Source: a virus
DNA: 42,886 nt
Reading direction: 5' to 3' (one strand)
Virus record (IMG/VR): IMGVR_UViG_3300045988_122335
Location: 1-42,886 of that record
The notes below the pieces were generated by a model. That model was not told the DNA's origin, made no database searches, and saw only the letters and a program-made list of their open reading frames with translations. Made by a program: the position numbers and the translations under genes. This document shows, in pieces, positions 26,294-32,902 of this stretch (its first letter is position 1; the number at the start of each line of letters is the position of its first letter).

Positions 26294-26567
26294 GCTCTAA
26301 TAAAAACGCAACATTGCAAGCAATATGGTACAAGTGCGGCAAGCCACTATCCTCATCAACCCCGTGCGGCTCTTTTAGCCATTTGCATATGTGCCGCATT
26401 AAAGCCGCCCTATATCGTTTAGGGTCAACATTCTTATAACTGCCCTCGCCATATTTTTCAGCACCGTGTGTCATAACAATGCCCACAGCCTCTATTATCT
26501 CCGCAGGCACTAAATCCAACCTCGGCTTGCCACCGTCGTGCTTTAATCCGTCTGTAACAACATCCAT
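26283..26567 (-). CDS. dATP/dGTP pyrophosphohydrolase-like (DUF5664-type) protein
   Basis: Motifs KHDGGKPRLDLVP, THGAEKYGEGSY, RYRAALMRH and DSGLPHLYHIACNVAFLLE are typical of this phage family. RBS is GAGGTGG. Confidence 0.7.
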   Translation of the reverse strand: MDVVTDGLKHDGGKPRLDLVPAEIIEAVGIVMTHGAEKYGEGSYKNVDPKRYRAALMRHICKWLKEPHGVDEDSGLPHLYHIACNVAFLLELDK

Positions 26568-26611
26568 TATAATTCCACCTCTCTTAAATATCAGCCATAA
26601 GCCATACCGCC

Positions 26612-26641
26612 ATTATAGCACCCCGCCCCGGCGCTTGTCAA
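26612..26641 (-). promoter_or_regulatory. Dedicated promoter of the pyrophosphohydrolase-like gene
   Basis: The minus strand reads TTGACA-18 nt-TATAAT. Confidence 0.55.
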
Positions 26642-26912
26642 CCTTTGCATAAATTCTGCATTTTTATTCATTTTCTATGCACAAACCAGCAAAAAAACAA
26701 CTTTGTAAATTTTTAAAATCGGGAGGGGTAACCCGACCGCCGGCTGACATTTTCGGAATAGGGTTCGGGGTGGGTTTTGTTCCCGGGGCGCCTAAAAATA
26801 AAGGTTTTCCCGTTTCAAATACGAACGAATACGAAACAAATACACCGAGGCGGCAATATTTATCATACTTTGTCGTACTCGGTAGTATAAAAGGCGATAA
26901 CATTACCCCCCG

Positions 26913-26947
26913 ATAATTTAATTATCTTTACATTTCAATTAAATTAT
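26913..26947. repeat. Perfect 11-bp inverted repeat (ATAATTTAATT - 13 nt - AATTAAATTAT) in the AT-rich non-coding region
   Basis: Read directly: 26913-26923 is the reverse complement of 26937-26947. Confidence 0.7.
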
Positions 26948-27075
26948 ATAGTTATGTGCTTTTAATAAGTATGTGCAATATATAAATATATTATAATATA
27001 GTCTTGTGCTTATGCGTATGAGCTTATACAGACAATAACAATATAATAACACGGTGCAAGGCTTAGGGCTATTAT

Positions 27076-27140
27076 AGAGCATTTTAGGGGGTTTATATAA
27101 TACTGTGGTATACTCTGCATATTATGAATAAATAGGCATA
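27076..27140. repeat. Left inverted-repeat block flanking the plus-strand cassette
   Basis: AGAGCATTTTAG (27076-27087) and TAAATAGGCATA (27129-27140) are exact reverse complements of 29327-29338 and 29305-29316. Their order is mirror-symmetric. Confidence 0.7.
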
Positions 27141-27173
27141 TTAAAACATTTATTTTAATATTAAAAATTTTAC

Positions 27174-27202
27174 TTGACAAATATATAATATAGTGATATA
27201 AT
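27174..27202 (+). promoter_or_regulatory. Perfect consensus promoter of the plus-strand cassette
   Basis: TTGACA(27174-27179)-17 nt-TATAAT(27197-27202), with an AATATTAAAAATTTT tract just upstream. Confidence 0.7.
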
Positions 27203-27235
27203 AAAGACAACGAAAGGAAAGGAGAAAAAAACAAG

Positions 27236-27352
27236 ATGAAAACGGAAGATATTAAAAATCTATTGCATTTGATTATTGAACTTCTGAAACGTTGTAAAAC
27301 GGTTGAGGAAGCTATAAAAGCAATTTGCAACGCTTACGACATCCACGAATAA
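27236..27352 (+). CDS. 38-aa helical micro-protein, first ORF of the plus-strand cassette (not in the ORF track)
   Basis: RBS is GGAAAGGAGA. Translation is MKTEDIKNLLHLIIELLKRCKTVEEAIKAICNAYDIHE*. GC-rich hairpins GCCGGG-8 nt-CCCGGC and AGCC-TTTCG-GGCT follow. Confidence 0.5.
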   Translation: MKTEDIKNLLHLIIELLKRCKTVEEAIKAICNAYDIHE

Positions 27353-27427
27353 CAAACGCCGAGCCGGGCGGCATAACCCGGCAGCCTTTCGGGCTTGTTG
27401 ATAAAATAATTAAAAGAGGTTTTAAAA

Positions 27428-27664
27428 ATGGAAAGATGCACACAGAAACAATTGAAAAATCTTGTGAACACTGGCGCGGCTGTTGATATTACCCGCGGAA
27501 ACAACGAAACCCGCGAACAAATAATCAATGAAGAAGAATATTATACCCAAATAGGATATAGCGCGGGCGTTTATGGTTGTAATGGTGTGTTGTTAAAAGG
27601 TCATAAAACGGGCAAATTATACGCAGTTACGAGCAGAACAAACGCAATATATATTTTTAATTAG
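27428..27664 (+). CDS. Hypothetical protein (78 aa)
   Basis: RBS is AAGAGG. The conserved-looking core IGYSAGVYGCNGVLL...TGKLYAVTSR reminds me of small proteins on Firmicutes mobile elements, but I have not verified this. Confidence 0.6.
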   Translation: MERCTQKQLKNLVNTGAAVDITRGNNETREQIINEEEYYTQIGYSAGVYGCNGVLLKGHKTGKLYAVTSRTNAIYIFN

Positions 27665-27761
27665 CAGAGTGGCGGCGGCTTTGGCTGCCGTTAATGCGGC
27701 AGGGCATACGGTCACAAGCCCCGAAAGCCTGAAAGCATAATTTTATATTGAGGTGTAAAAA

Positions 27762-28148
27762 ATGAAAACAAACAACAAAAAAGCACGCGAGAACATACGC
27801 AAATACATTATTGCAAACTTTACCCCGGAGGGCTACACGGACAACCCCCCGCAGGAGTTCCCCGAAATAGCCCGCTTTATTTTATCCACTTTCAGAAAAG
27901 AAAAATATAACACCCCGGAAGACTTCCGATATTATCGGAAAAATGAACTTGCAGCTTTTGCGGATTGGTGCGCGGGGCTTTGCGGTGTTCTTGATACTTG
28001 TTATTTTTATAACCGTTCCGCCGTTGGTGACCTCGGCGCAATTCTTAAAGAAACAGAAGAAGAAAAAGCGCGCTATACAGAAGAACAAGCCGAAAATACA
28101 TTAACTTTTTTAATTTATCGCGAGTTAATAAAAGGGGCTACAGAATAA
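27762..28148 (+). CDS. Hypothetical protein (128 aa)
   Basis: RBS is GAGGTG. Its stop overlaps the start of the ATPase gene (TAATG). Confidence 0.6.
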   Translation: MKTNNKKARENIRKYIIANFTPEGYTDNPPQEFPEIARFILSTFRKEKYNTPEDFRYYRKNELAAFADWCAGLCGVLDTCYFYNRSAVGDLGAILKETEEEKARYTEEQAENTLTFLIYRELIKGATE

Positions 28149-29140
28149 TGTATAACGGTGAACAATTGGCGCAGGCGCTGACCGTTTTCGGTCTGCCCTG
28201 CGTTTTTAAAGAAATGAAACAAACCCCACGAAATACAATATATTATTTTGATTTTACGGACTGGACCAAAGTCACAGCGGGCAGGCGTAAAGCAGCGCTC
28301 GACCGTATTTCTTTATATGCTAAGCGTCAATTTAATTATATTGACAGTAATATATCACATTTTGCAATATATCACGCTGAAGACAATTATAATATTGTTC
28401 CGCTTTTCGGGCTTGCCTTGCCTGATGATAATAACTATAAATTCATAGCAGGCATAAACGAGGACGGCGAACAAGTCAATATTTCATTAGACGAAACGAC
28501 ACATGCACTAATCGCAGGCACTACCGGCAGCGGTAAAAGCGTATTTTTGAAAAGCCTTTTATATTCTTTGTTGACTACAAATAACCCCGATAAAGTAAAA
28601 TGTGCTATTATAGATAAAAAGCGCAGTTTGAACTATTGGAGCAGGGCGGCGCATTGTTTTAAAGTCGTTAATGATGATATTTCGGCAATAGCTTTATTAA
28701 ATATTTTTCAAAAGGAAATGTATAACCGATATGAAGAATTACAGCGCCGAGGGCTTGAAAAAAATATCAGGTTGTTTCCTAAATTGGTATTGATAATTGA
28801 CGAGCTGGCGGATTTAATGCTGACCGACCGCAAAGCAGAAATTGAAAACAAGCTTGTTTCGCTTTGTCAGCTCGGGCGCGCTGCTGGTATTCATTGCGTA
28901 CTTTGCACCCAGTCGCCCCGCGTTGCCGTTGTCAGTGGTTTAATTCAAGCGAACACCCCGACAAAGATTATATTTAAAACAGCCAACACGCGGGAAAGCG
29001 TGTTGTGTTTGGGTCATTCGGGAGCGGAAAAGCTGCTTGGGAATGGTGACTGCCTTATAAAATTACCCGATAAAGTAAAAGATATTAGAGTGCAAACACC
29101 GTTTGCAAGTGATGAAGACTTTAGAAACTGCATAGAATAG
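28148..29140 (+). CDS. FtsK/SpoIIIE-family DNA translocase ATPase, motor domain only (no TM segments, no gamma domain)
   Basis: Walker A is LIAGTTGSGKSVFL and Walker B is LVLIIDELADLM. Also present are LGRAAGIHCVLCTQSP, IQANTPTKIIFKT and GAEKLLGNGDCL. The N-terminus resembles the FtsK alpha subdomain. Confidence 0.85.
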   Translation: MYNGEQLAQALTVFGLPCVFKEMKQTPRNTIYYFDFTDWTKVTAGRRKAALDRISLYAKRQFNYIDSNISHFAIYHAEDNYNIVPLFGLALPDDNNYKFIAGINEDGEQVNISLDETTHALIAGTTGSGKSVFLKSLLYSLLTTNNPDKVKCAIIDKKRSLNYWSRAAHCFKVVNDDISAIALLNIFQKEMYNRYEELQRRGLEKNIRLFPKLVLIIDELADLMLTDRKAEIENKLVSLCQLGRAAGIHCVLCTQSPRVAVVSGLIQANTPTKIIFKTANTRESVLCLGHSGAEKLLGNGDCLIKLPDKVKDIRVQTPFASDEDFRNCIE

Positions 29141-29150
29141 AGGTATAGAA

Positions 29151-29267
29151 ATGATTTTTAGCGTTTTAGCTTATATTTTAGTAGTCGGTATTGATTGTAT
29201 ATTCTTCGAGTGTACGAAAGCAGGGCAGAAGATAGCCAATAAAATCTACAAGAAAATAATAAAATAA
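29151..29267 (+). CDS. 38-aa small hydrophobic protein, last ORF of the cassette (not in the ORF track)
   Basis: Translation is MIFSVLAYILVVGIDCIFFECTKAGQKIANKIYKKIIK*. The start lies 10 nt after the ATPase stop, with AGAGGT upstream. Confidence 0.4.
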   Translation: MIFSVLAYILVVGIDCIFFECTKAGQKIANKIYKKIIK

Positions 29268-29275
29268 TGCTTTTG

Positions 29276-29306
29276 ACCGTCCGCAGCTTGTGGGCGGTTC
29301 TTTTTA
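29276..29306 (+). terminator. Rho-independent terminator of the plus-strand cassette
   Basis: CCGUCCGCA-GCU-UGUGGGCGG (9 bp including 2 G.U pairs), followed by UUCUUUUUAU. Confidence 0.6.
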
Positions 29307-29338
29307 TGCCTATTTAAAACTATGCTCTAAAATGCTCT
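29305..29338. repeat. Right inverted-repeat block flanking the plus-strand cassette
   Basis: TATGCCTATTTA (29305-29316) and CTAAAATGCTCT (29327-29338). A local direct repeat ATGCTCT-AAA-ATGCTCT is also present. Confidence 0.7.
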
Positions 29339-29432
29339 GTATTGCGTTTTAATGTTTACACTAGTATTTATATTCCGAAATAATAAAAAAGCCGTACAAC
29401 CCCAAAAGAAACAATATTTTTAATATTCTAAA

Positions 29433-29473
29433 GCAAAAAGAAACTGCCGAAAGTGTTTTTAAACTCTCGACAG
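29433..29473 (-). terminator. Rho-independent terminator of the recombinase operon
   Basis: Minus-strand RNA CUGUCGAGAGU-8 nt loop-ACUUUCGGCAG (11 bp including 2 G.U pairs), followed by UUUCUUUUUGC. Confidence 0.55.
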
Positions 29474-29480
29474 TCTTTTT

Positions 29481-29951
29481 TTATTGTTCCGATGTGGCTT
29501 GTAGTTCGGCTTGCAACCTCTCAAATACTGCTTGCCGGCTGATGTGGTGTCTTCTTGCTATTTCCGATATATCGCCCCATATCGCTTTGCCCTCTCTACG
29601 CATAAGAGCGGCTTTTTTTATTTCCTCGCATAGTTCCGCTTTTGGCGGTCGTGTTTTAATATTACAATAAGCATTTAAAGTATATCTCACATTATACCGG
29701 GATATATTTAATTTATGGGCTATCATATCCACATTATGCAGTCCACTTTCCCACAAGGCTTTTATTTGCTCCTTGTTGGCTGTGCCGTCGTCGCTTACCA
29801 CTCTGCCTCGCCTTATTGTTCCGCCGTTTGCCTTTATTGTATTGACAACATAATATCGCGATAGCCCTACAATATCAGCAGTTCTTGTCACTGTATAGCC
29901 CTTATAATGGCATATCATAATATCGTCTATTTGGCTTTGTTTTAGTTTCAT
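29481..29951 (-). CDS. DNA-binding protein with three HTH-like repeats
   Basis: 156 aa. Three segments resemble HTH motifs: TRTADIVGLSRYYV, VDMIAHKLNISRYNV and SEIARRHHISRQAV. Confidence 0.6.
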   Translation of the reverse strand: MKLKQSQIDDIMICHYKGYTVTRTADIVGLSRYYVVNTIKANGGTIRRGRVVSDDGTANKEQIKALWESGLHNVDMIAHKLNISRYNVRYTLNAYCNIKTRPPKAELCEEIKKAALMRREGKAIWGDISEIARRHHISRQAVFERLQAELQATSEQ

Positions 29952-30190
29952 TCAGTTATTGCTCCTGTTGGGTCTTCAAGCCAGTAAACGCCTATAACCG
30001 TATTGCGCCCATAACGGGTTTTAACCGCTTTATCACGGCGATTTATTATATAGCCCTTGTTGCGTAAATGGTATATAATTCCGCTTAGCCTTGTTGCGCC
30101 GTAAAGTTCTATTGCCTGCATTGAAGTTAATTCTCTGCCTGATAATAAATGCTCTAATATGGCTTTTGTTTGCGTGTTGTCGTGTACCAT
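29948..30190 (-). CDS. Winged-helix DNA-binding protein (HTH_39-like)
   Basis: 80 aa. The pattern ILEHLLSGRELTSMQAIELYGATRLSGIIYHLRNKGYIINRR...RYGR...YWL is typical of this family. Confidence 0.6.
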   Translation of the reverse strand: MVHDNTQTKAILEHLLSGRELTSMQAIELYGATRLSGIIYHLRNKGYIINRRDKAVKTRYGRNTVIGVYWLEDPTGAITE

Positions 30191-30789
30191 TATTCTGCCC
30201 CCTTTAATATTCTGCTTACCGTAGCTATGCTTATATTTAATATATTGGCTATGTCTCTGTAACTCTTGTGTTCAGCTTTCAAATTAACCACTTGTTGCCG
30301 AATTTCGTCTGATATTGTTTTCGGTCTGCCGAGTGTAACACCCTGTTGTTTTTTTCTTTGCAACGCGTTGGATGTATTATAGCCTATTTGTCTTTTCAAA
30401 AATTCGTCTTGTATAAAGAATTGAGATATAGTCATCCAAGTATACGGGTTCATTTTTTCCCCGCCCTCTAATGTTATGCCATTGCTCAAAAACTTTACAG
30501 TTGCTTTTTTCTGTTGTGTTATTAAATCAAGCATTTCAAAGCAATCAATATAATTTCTGCCAAAGCGTGATGTTTCGGTAAGGCAAACAATGTCTGTTGG
30601 TTCGAGGCATTCAAGCATTTTGTTAAACTGCTCACGCTGATTACCTTTAACGCCGCCGCTGATATGTTCCTCAAAAATCATATCAAACTCATATCCGCTA
30701 TTTTCAAGCAAATACATCTGTCGCTCATAATCTTGTTTCGCTGATTTTTCGGTTGTAGATACTCTACAATAAGCTATTACTTTGCACAT
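30190..30789 (-). CDS. Small serine recombinase, resolvase/invertase family
   Basis: 199 aa. N-terminal catalytic domain with IAYCRVSTTEKS (active-site Ser), a GG...QREQF segment and ETSRFGRN. C-terminal HTH is SYRDIANILNISIATVSRIL. Confidence 0.85.
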   Translation of the reverse strand: MCKVIAYCRVSTTEKSAKQDYERQMYLLENSGYEFDMIFEEHISGGVKGNQREQFNKMLECLEPTDIVCLTETSRFGRNYIDCFEMLDLITQQKKATVKFLSNGITLEGGEKMNPYTWMTISQFFIQDEFLKRQIGYNTSNALQRKKQQGVTLGRPKTISDEIRQQVVNLKAEHKSYRDIANILNISIATVSRILKGAE

Positions 30790-30855
30790 TCTTATTTCCC
30801 TTTCTTACGGTATAAATAAAAGCCTATAATATATTACTTTTCTAACCGCAATTAT

Positions 30856-30884
30856 ATTATAAGCCTTTATGTAACATTTGTCAA
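30856..30884 (-). promoter_or_regulatory. Perfect consensus promoter of the recombinase operon
   Basis: The minus strand reads TTGACA-aatgttacataaaggct(17)-TATAAT. Confidence 0.7.
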
Positions 30885-30900
30885 GCAAAATATTTAATCT

Positions 30901-31071
30901 TTAAATGATTATTTCCAATAAAAAATAGGCAAAGGCAAAATCAACCATTGCTTGTGATAGAAAAAATGCCGTAATATAAGCGGGCGCTTTAGTCTTAAAG
31001 CCCATTACAGATAATGCCAAGCCCATAATGCCTATTGTTATGCCAAATATAGCTAATATTGTTTTAAGCAT
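30901..31071 (-). CDS. 56-aa two-TM membrane protein (not in the ORF track)
   Basis: The ATG lies 1 nt after the stop of the upstream gene. Translation is MLKTILAIFGITIGIMGLALSVMGFKTKAPAYITAFFLSQAMVDFAFAYFLLEIII*. Confidence 0.45.
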   Translation of the reverse strand: MLKTILAIFGITIGIMGLALSVMGFKTKAPAYITAFFLSQAMVDFAFAYFLLEIII

Positions 31072-31072
31072 T

Positions 31073-31705
31073 TCATTCCCCTTTCTTGTCTAACAGAGCT
31101 TTCATATTTGCTAATTCTTTTAGTTCATATCGGAATTGCCCCTCGTTCAATGCGTCACTTGCCTTATCGAGTATACTTTCCGCGTCGCCTATTTGTACCA
31201 ATTCGTGACCGTAGCCGCCCTTGCTCTTTAACCGTAGCTTGCTTGTTGACTCTTTCTGTTGACCTTGTTCGGCTGCTGAAAGAGTAAAGTTTATTAAATC
31301 GGCTTCAATATCACCGCATACTTGCTTGACATCATCAGCCGCATTGTTGCGCAAATGCTCAAACGCCGATACACTTATTCTTGCAAACGCCAAAAATTCA
31401 AGTTTATTCGGCGTATATGATATAGCCATATTTATATATGTCATAAGTGATAAATAGGCATTATAGATATTATAAATATCATCTGCCGACAGTTTAAGGG
31501 CAATATCATTTGTGACCGTGCGTTCCTGCCGGAGAATTTCGCCAAGTTTTACTCTCACACGGTATTCAAGAGTATCAGCTAAATACTTTTCGCCTTGCCT
31601 TGATTTATTCATAATATCCGAACGGCATATCTTGATAAATTCTTCAAGCTGCGACTTTATTGTTTCAACTTTAGCTTGATATTTTGTTAATACTTCATTA
31701 TCCAT
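31073..31705 (-). CDS. Candidate terminase small subunit (gp3-like)
   Basis: 210 aa. The pattern YTPNKLEFLAFARISVSAFEHLR...ADLINFTLSAAEQG...LRLKSKGGYGHE resembles the HTH plus oligomerisation core of P22-gp3-type TerS. It sits directly after a late-regulator-like HTH gene. Confidence 0.4.
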   Translation of the reverse strand: MDNEVLTKYQAKVETIKSQLEEFIKICRSDIMNKSRQGEKYLADTLEYRVRVKLGEILRQERTVTNDIALKLSADDIYNIYNAYLSLMTYINMAISYTPNKLEFLAFARISVSAFEHLRNNAADDVKQVCGDIEADLINFTLSAAEQGQQKESTSKLRLKSKGGYGHELVQIGDAESILDKASDALNEGQFRYELKELANMKALLDKKGE

Positions 31706-31706
31706 A

Positions 31707-32168
31707 TTATTCGCCTGCCAATTCTACATACTGCCCGTAGCTCAAACAAGTATTATGCTCTTTGTTGTATTTTGCCCGTTCTTTTTCAATGACTTTCAGC
31801 GATTTAAACTTATATTTTGTTTTTTTAGATACAGGGCATGAGTTTTTTGAACGAAACATTTCTTTTTGCCGTTCGTAATTTTCTTGTCTGCTTTTGTTTT
31901 TGCATTTTGGGCATTTATGGCTTGATTTTGTATAAAACTTGCCACCACATTCGCAGCACAACTTTGAATTTATGTTTTTTTCGATAAGTTTGTTTAAAAC
32001 GAGTATGTCGCTCAAAATTAAAGCTTTATTCCACCCAGTGTCTTTCGCAATATCATCTACGCTCATATTGTGCGCAAAATATAATCTTACAAGCTTTCTT
32101 TGCCTGCCACCATTAGTATAATCTAACAGTTCGGATATACCACTGTCGTCTATTAAAATTCTATCCAT
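31707..32168 (-). CDS. Sigma-region-4-like HTH plus zinc-ribbon protein (candidate late-gene regulator)
   Basis: RQRKLVRLYFAHNMSVDDIAKDTGWNKALI is HTH-like. CCECGG...CPKC forms a zinc ribbon. Its position immediately upstream of the candidate terS is typical of RinA/ArpU-type regulators. Confidence 0.5.
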   Translation of the reverse strand: MDRILIDDSGISELLDYTNGGRQRKLVRLYFAHNMSVDDIAKDTGWNKALILSDILVLNKLIEKNINSKLCCECGGKFYTKSSHKCPKCKNKSRQENYERQKEMFRSKNSCPVSKKTKYKFKSLKVIEKERAKYNKEHNTCLSYGQYVELAGE

Positions 32169-32473
32169 TATTCCAAAATCTCCTCAACATTGATTCCGCT
32201 TTCTTTAAGCTTTTGTTCGCATAACCACCATGTACAATCTCCACCCATTTCGTACTTGTCTTCAAGGTCAATTTGAGCATTTTTAAGTTTGTCCGCAAAC
32301 TTTTGGAGCCGTTCTTGCCCAAAGCCATAATCAAAGCGGAGAATATATAAAATCTGCACCGCCACTTGGTGATTAAAACGCCCTAATAATTTCAAAAATT
32401 CCTTTTCGCATTCAGCTTTTAGCGCTTTTCTCTGTGCGCTTGTAGGTTGTTCTTTATTTAGCCTTACTTTCAT
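32168..32473 (-). CDS. Hypothetical protein
   Basis: Preferred start is the ATG at 32473, after GGGGGA. The track start is 32515. Confidence 0.5.
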   Translation of the reverse strand: MKVRLNKEQPTSAQRKALKAECEKEFLKLLGRFNHQVAVQILYILRFDYGFGQERLQKFADKLKNAQIDLEDKYEMGGDCTWWLCEQKLKESGINVEEILE

Positions 32474-32741
32474 TATCAATATTCCCCCATTTCGTTTTGT
32501 GTGCCGCTTCTTCATAGCATTTTAACAATTCATATTCAATTATATCAATAAATGCCAACTCTATCATTTTAAAAGAAATGCGTTTGTCTATCACAAAACT
32601 TTTATTGTAACCCGCCTTAGACACTTCTATAATCAATTCGTCTGAAACATCTGGAATATCTACGGTTGGAATAACTGGTCTCATTGTCACTTGAAGACCC
32701 TCTTTTGCCATTTCAAATATTATCTTTGAAAATTCGTTCAT
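32454..32741 (-). CDS. Hypothetical protein
   Basis: 95-aa ORF with overlapping start and stop in an operon context. Confidence 0.5.
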   Translation of the reverse strand: MNEFSKIIFEMAKEGLQVTMRPVIPTVDIPDVSDELIIEVSKAGYNKSFVIDKRISFKMIELAFIDIIEYELLKCYEEAAHKTKWGNIDNESKAK

Positions 32742-32902
32742 TTTGTTTTGCCTTTCTTACGCTTATTATTAAAATTATAAAATTTTGTTGTGCTATATTT
32801 TGTCGCTCTCGGAAGATGTTTAAGGCGTTCTAATTCCTTGTTCGTTTCTGCCACAACCTTTTGAATGTGCCTAACCATTTCCACAGTATAATAGTCATTC
32901 AT
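32738..32902 (-). CDS. Small basic protein
   Basis: Preferred start is the ATG at 32902 (GGAGGGG upstream, ATGA overlap with the preceding ORF). The track start is 32935. The C-terminus is Lys-rich. Confidence 0.5.
   Translation of the reverse strand: MNDYYTVEMVRHIQKVVAETNKELERLKHLPRATKYSTTKFYNFNNKRKKGKTK

Noticed and set aside
26120-26422. 100-aa plus-strand ORF with a striking AAAGAAAGGAGATAATG Shine-Dalgarno
   Set aside because: No plus-strand promoter is visible upstream. The ORF runs antisense through the terL leader promoters and terminators and into the motif-supported pyrophosphohydrolase-like gene. Its product is low-complexity. The RBS-like string is the complement of a pyrimidine tract in the minus-strand leader. 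A very short plus-strand peptide cannot be excluded.
26755-26790. tRNA-like T-arm impression (GGGTTCGGGGTGGG)
   Set aside because: There is no complementary T-stem, no acceptor stem, no anticodon arm at the proper spacing, and no GTTCRANYC consensus. It is not a tRNA or a tRNA fragment on inspection.
26664-26916. Two mirror-image 79-aa ORFs (26664..26903 minus, 26677..26916 plus)
   Set aside because: Neither has a usable RBS (GGGGGG is only 2 nt from the minus-strand ATG, and there is none on plus). Both arise from one GC-rich island and have Gly/Pro-rich nonsense-like composition. I treat the segment as a non-coding element instead.
27010-27528. Minus-strand ORFs 27010..27330 and 27334..27528
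   Set aside because: They are AT-rich, Ile/Leu/Phe/Ser-dominated products lying antisense to the perfect plus-strand promoter, the 38-aa ORF and the start of the 78-aa gene. They have no RBS.
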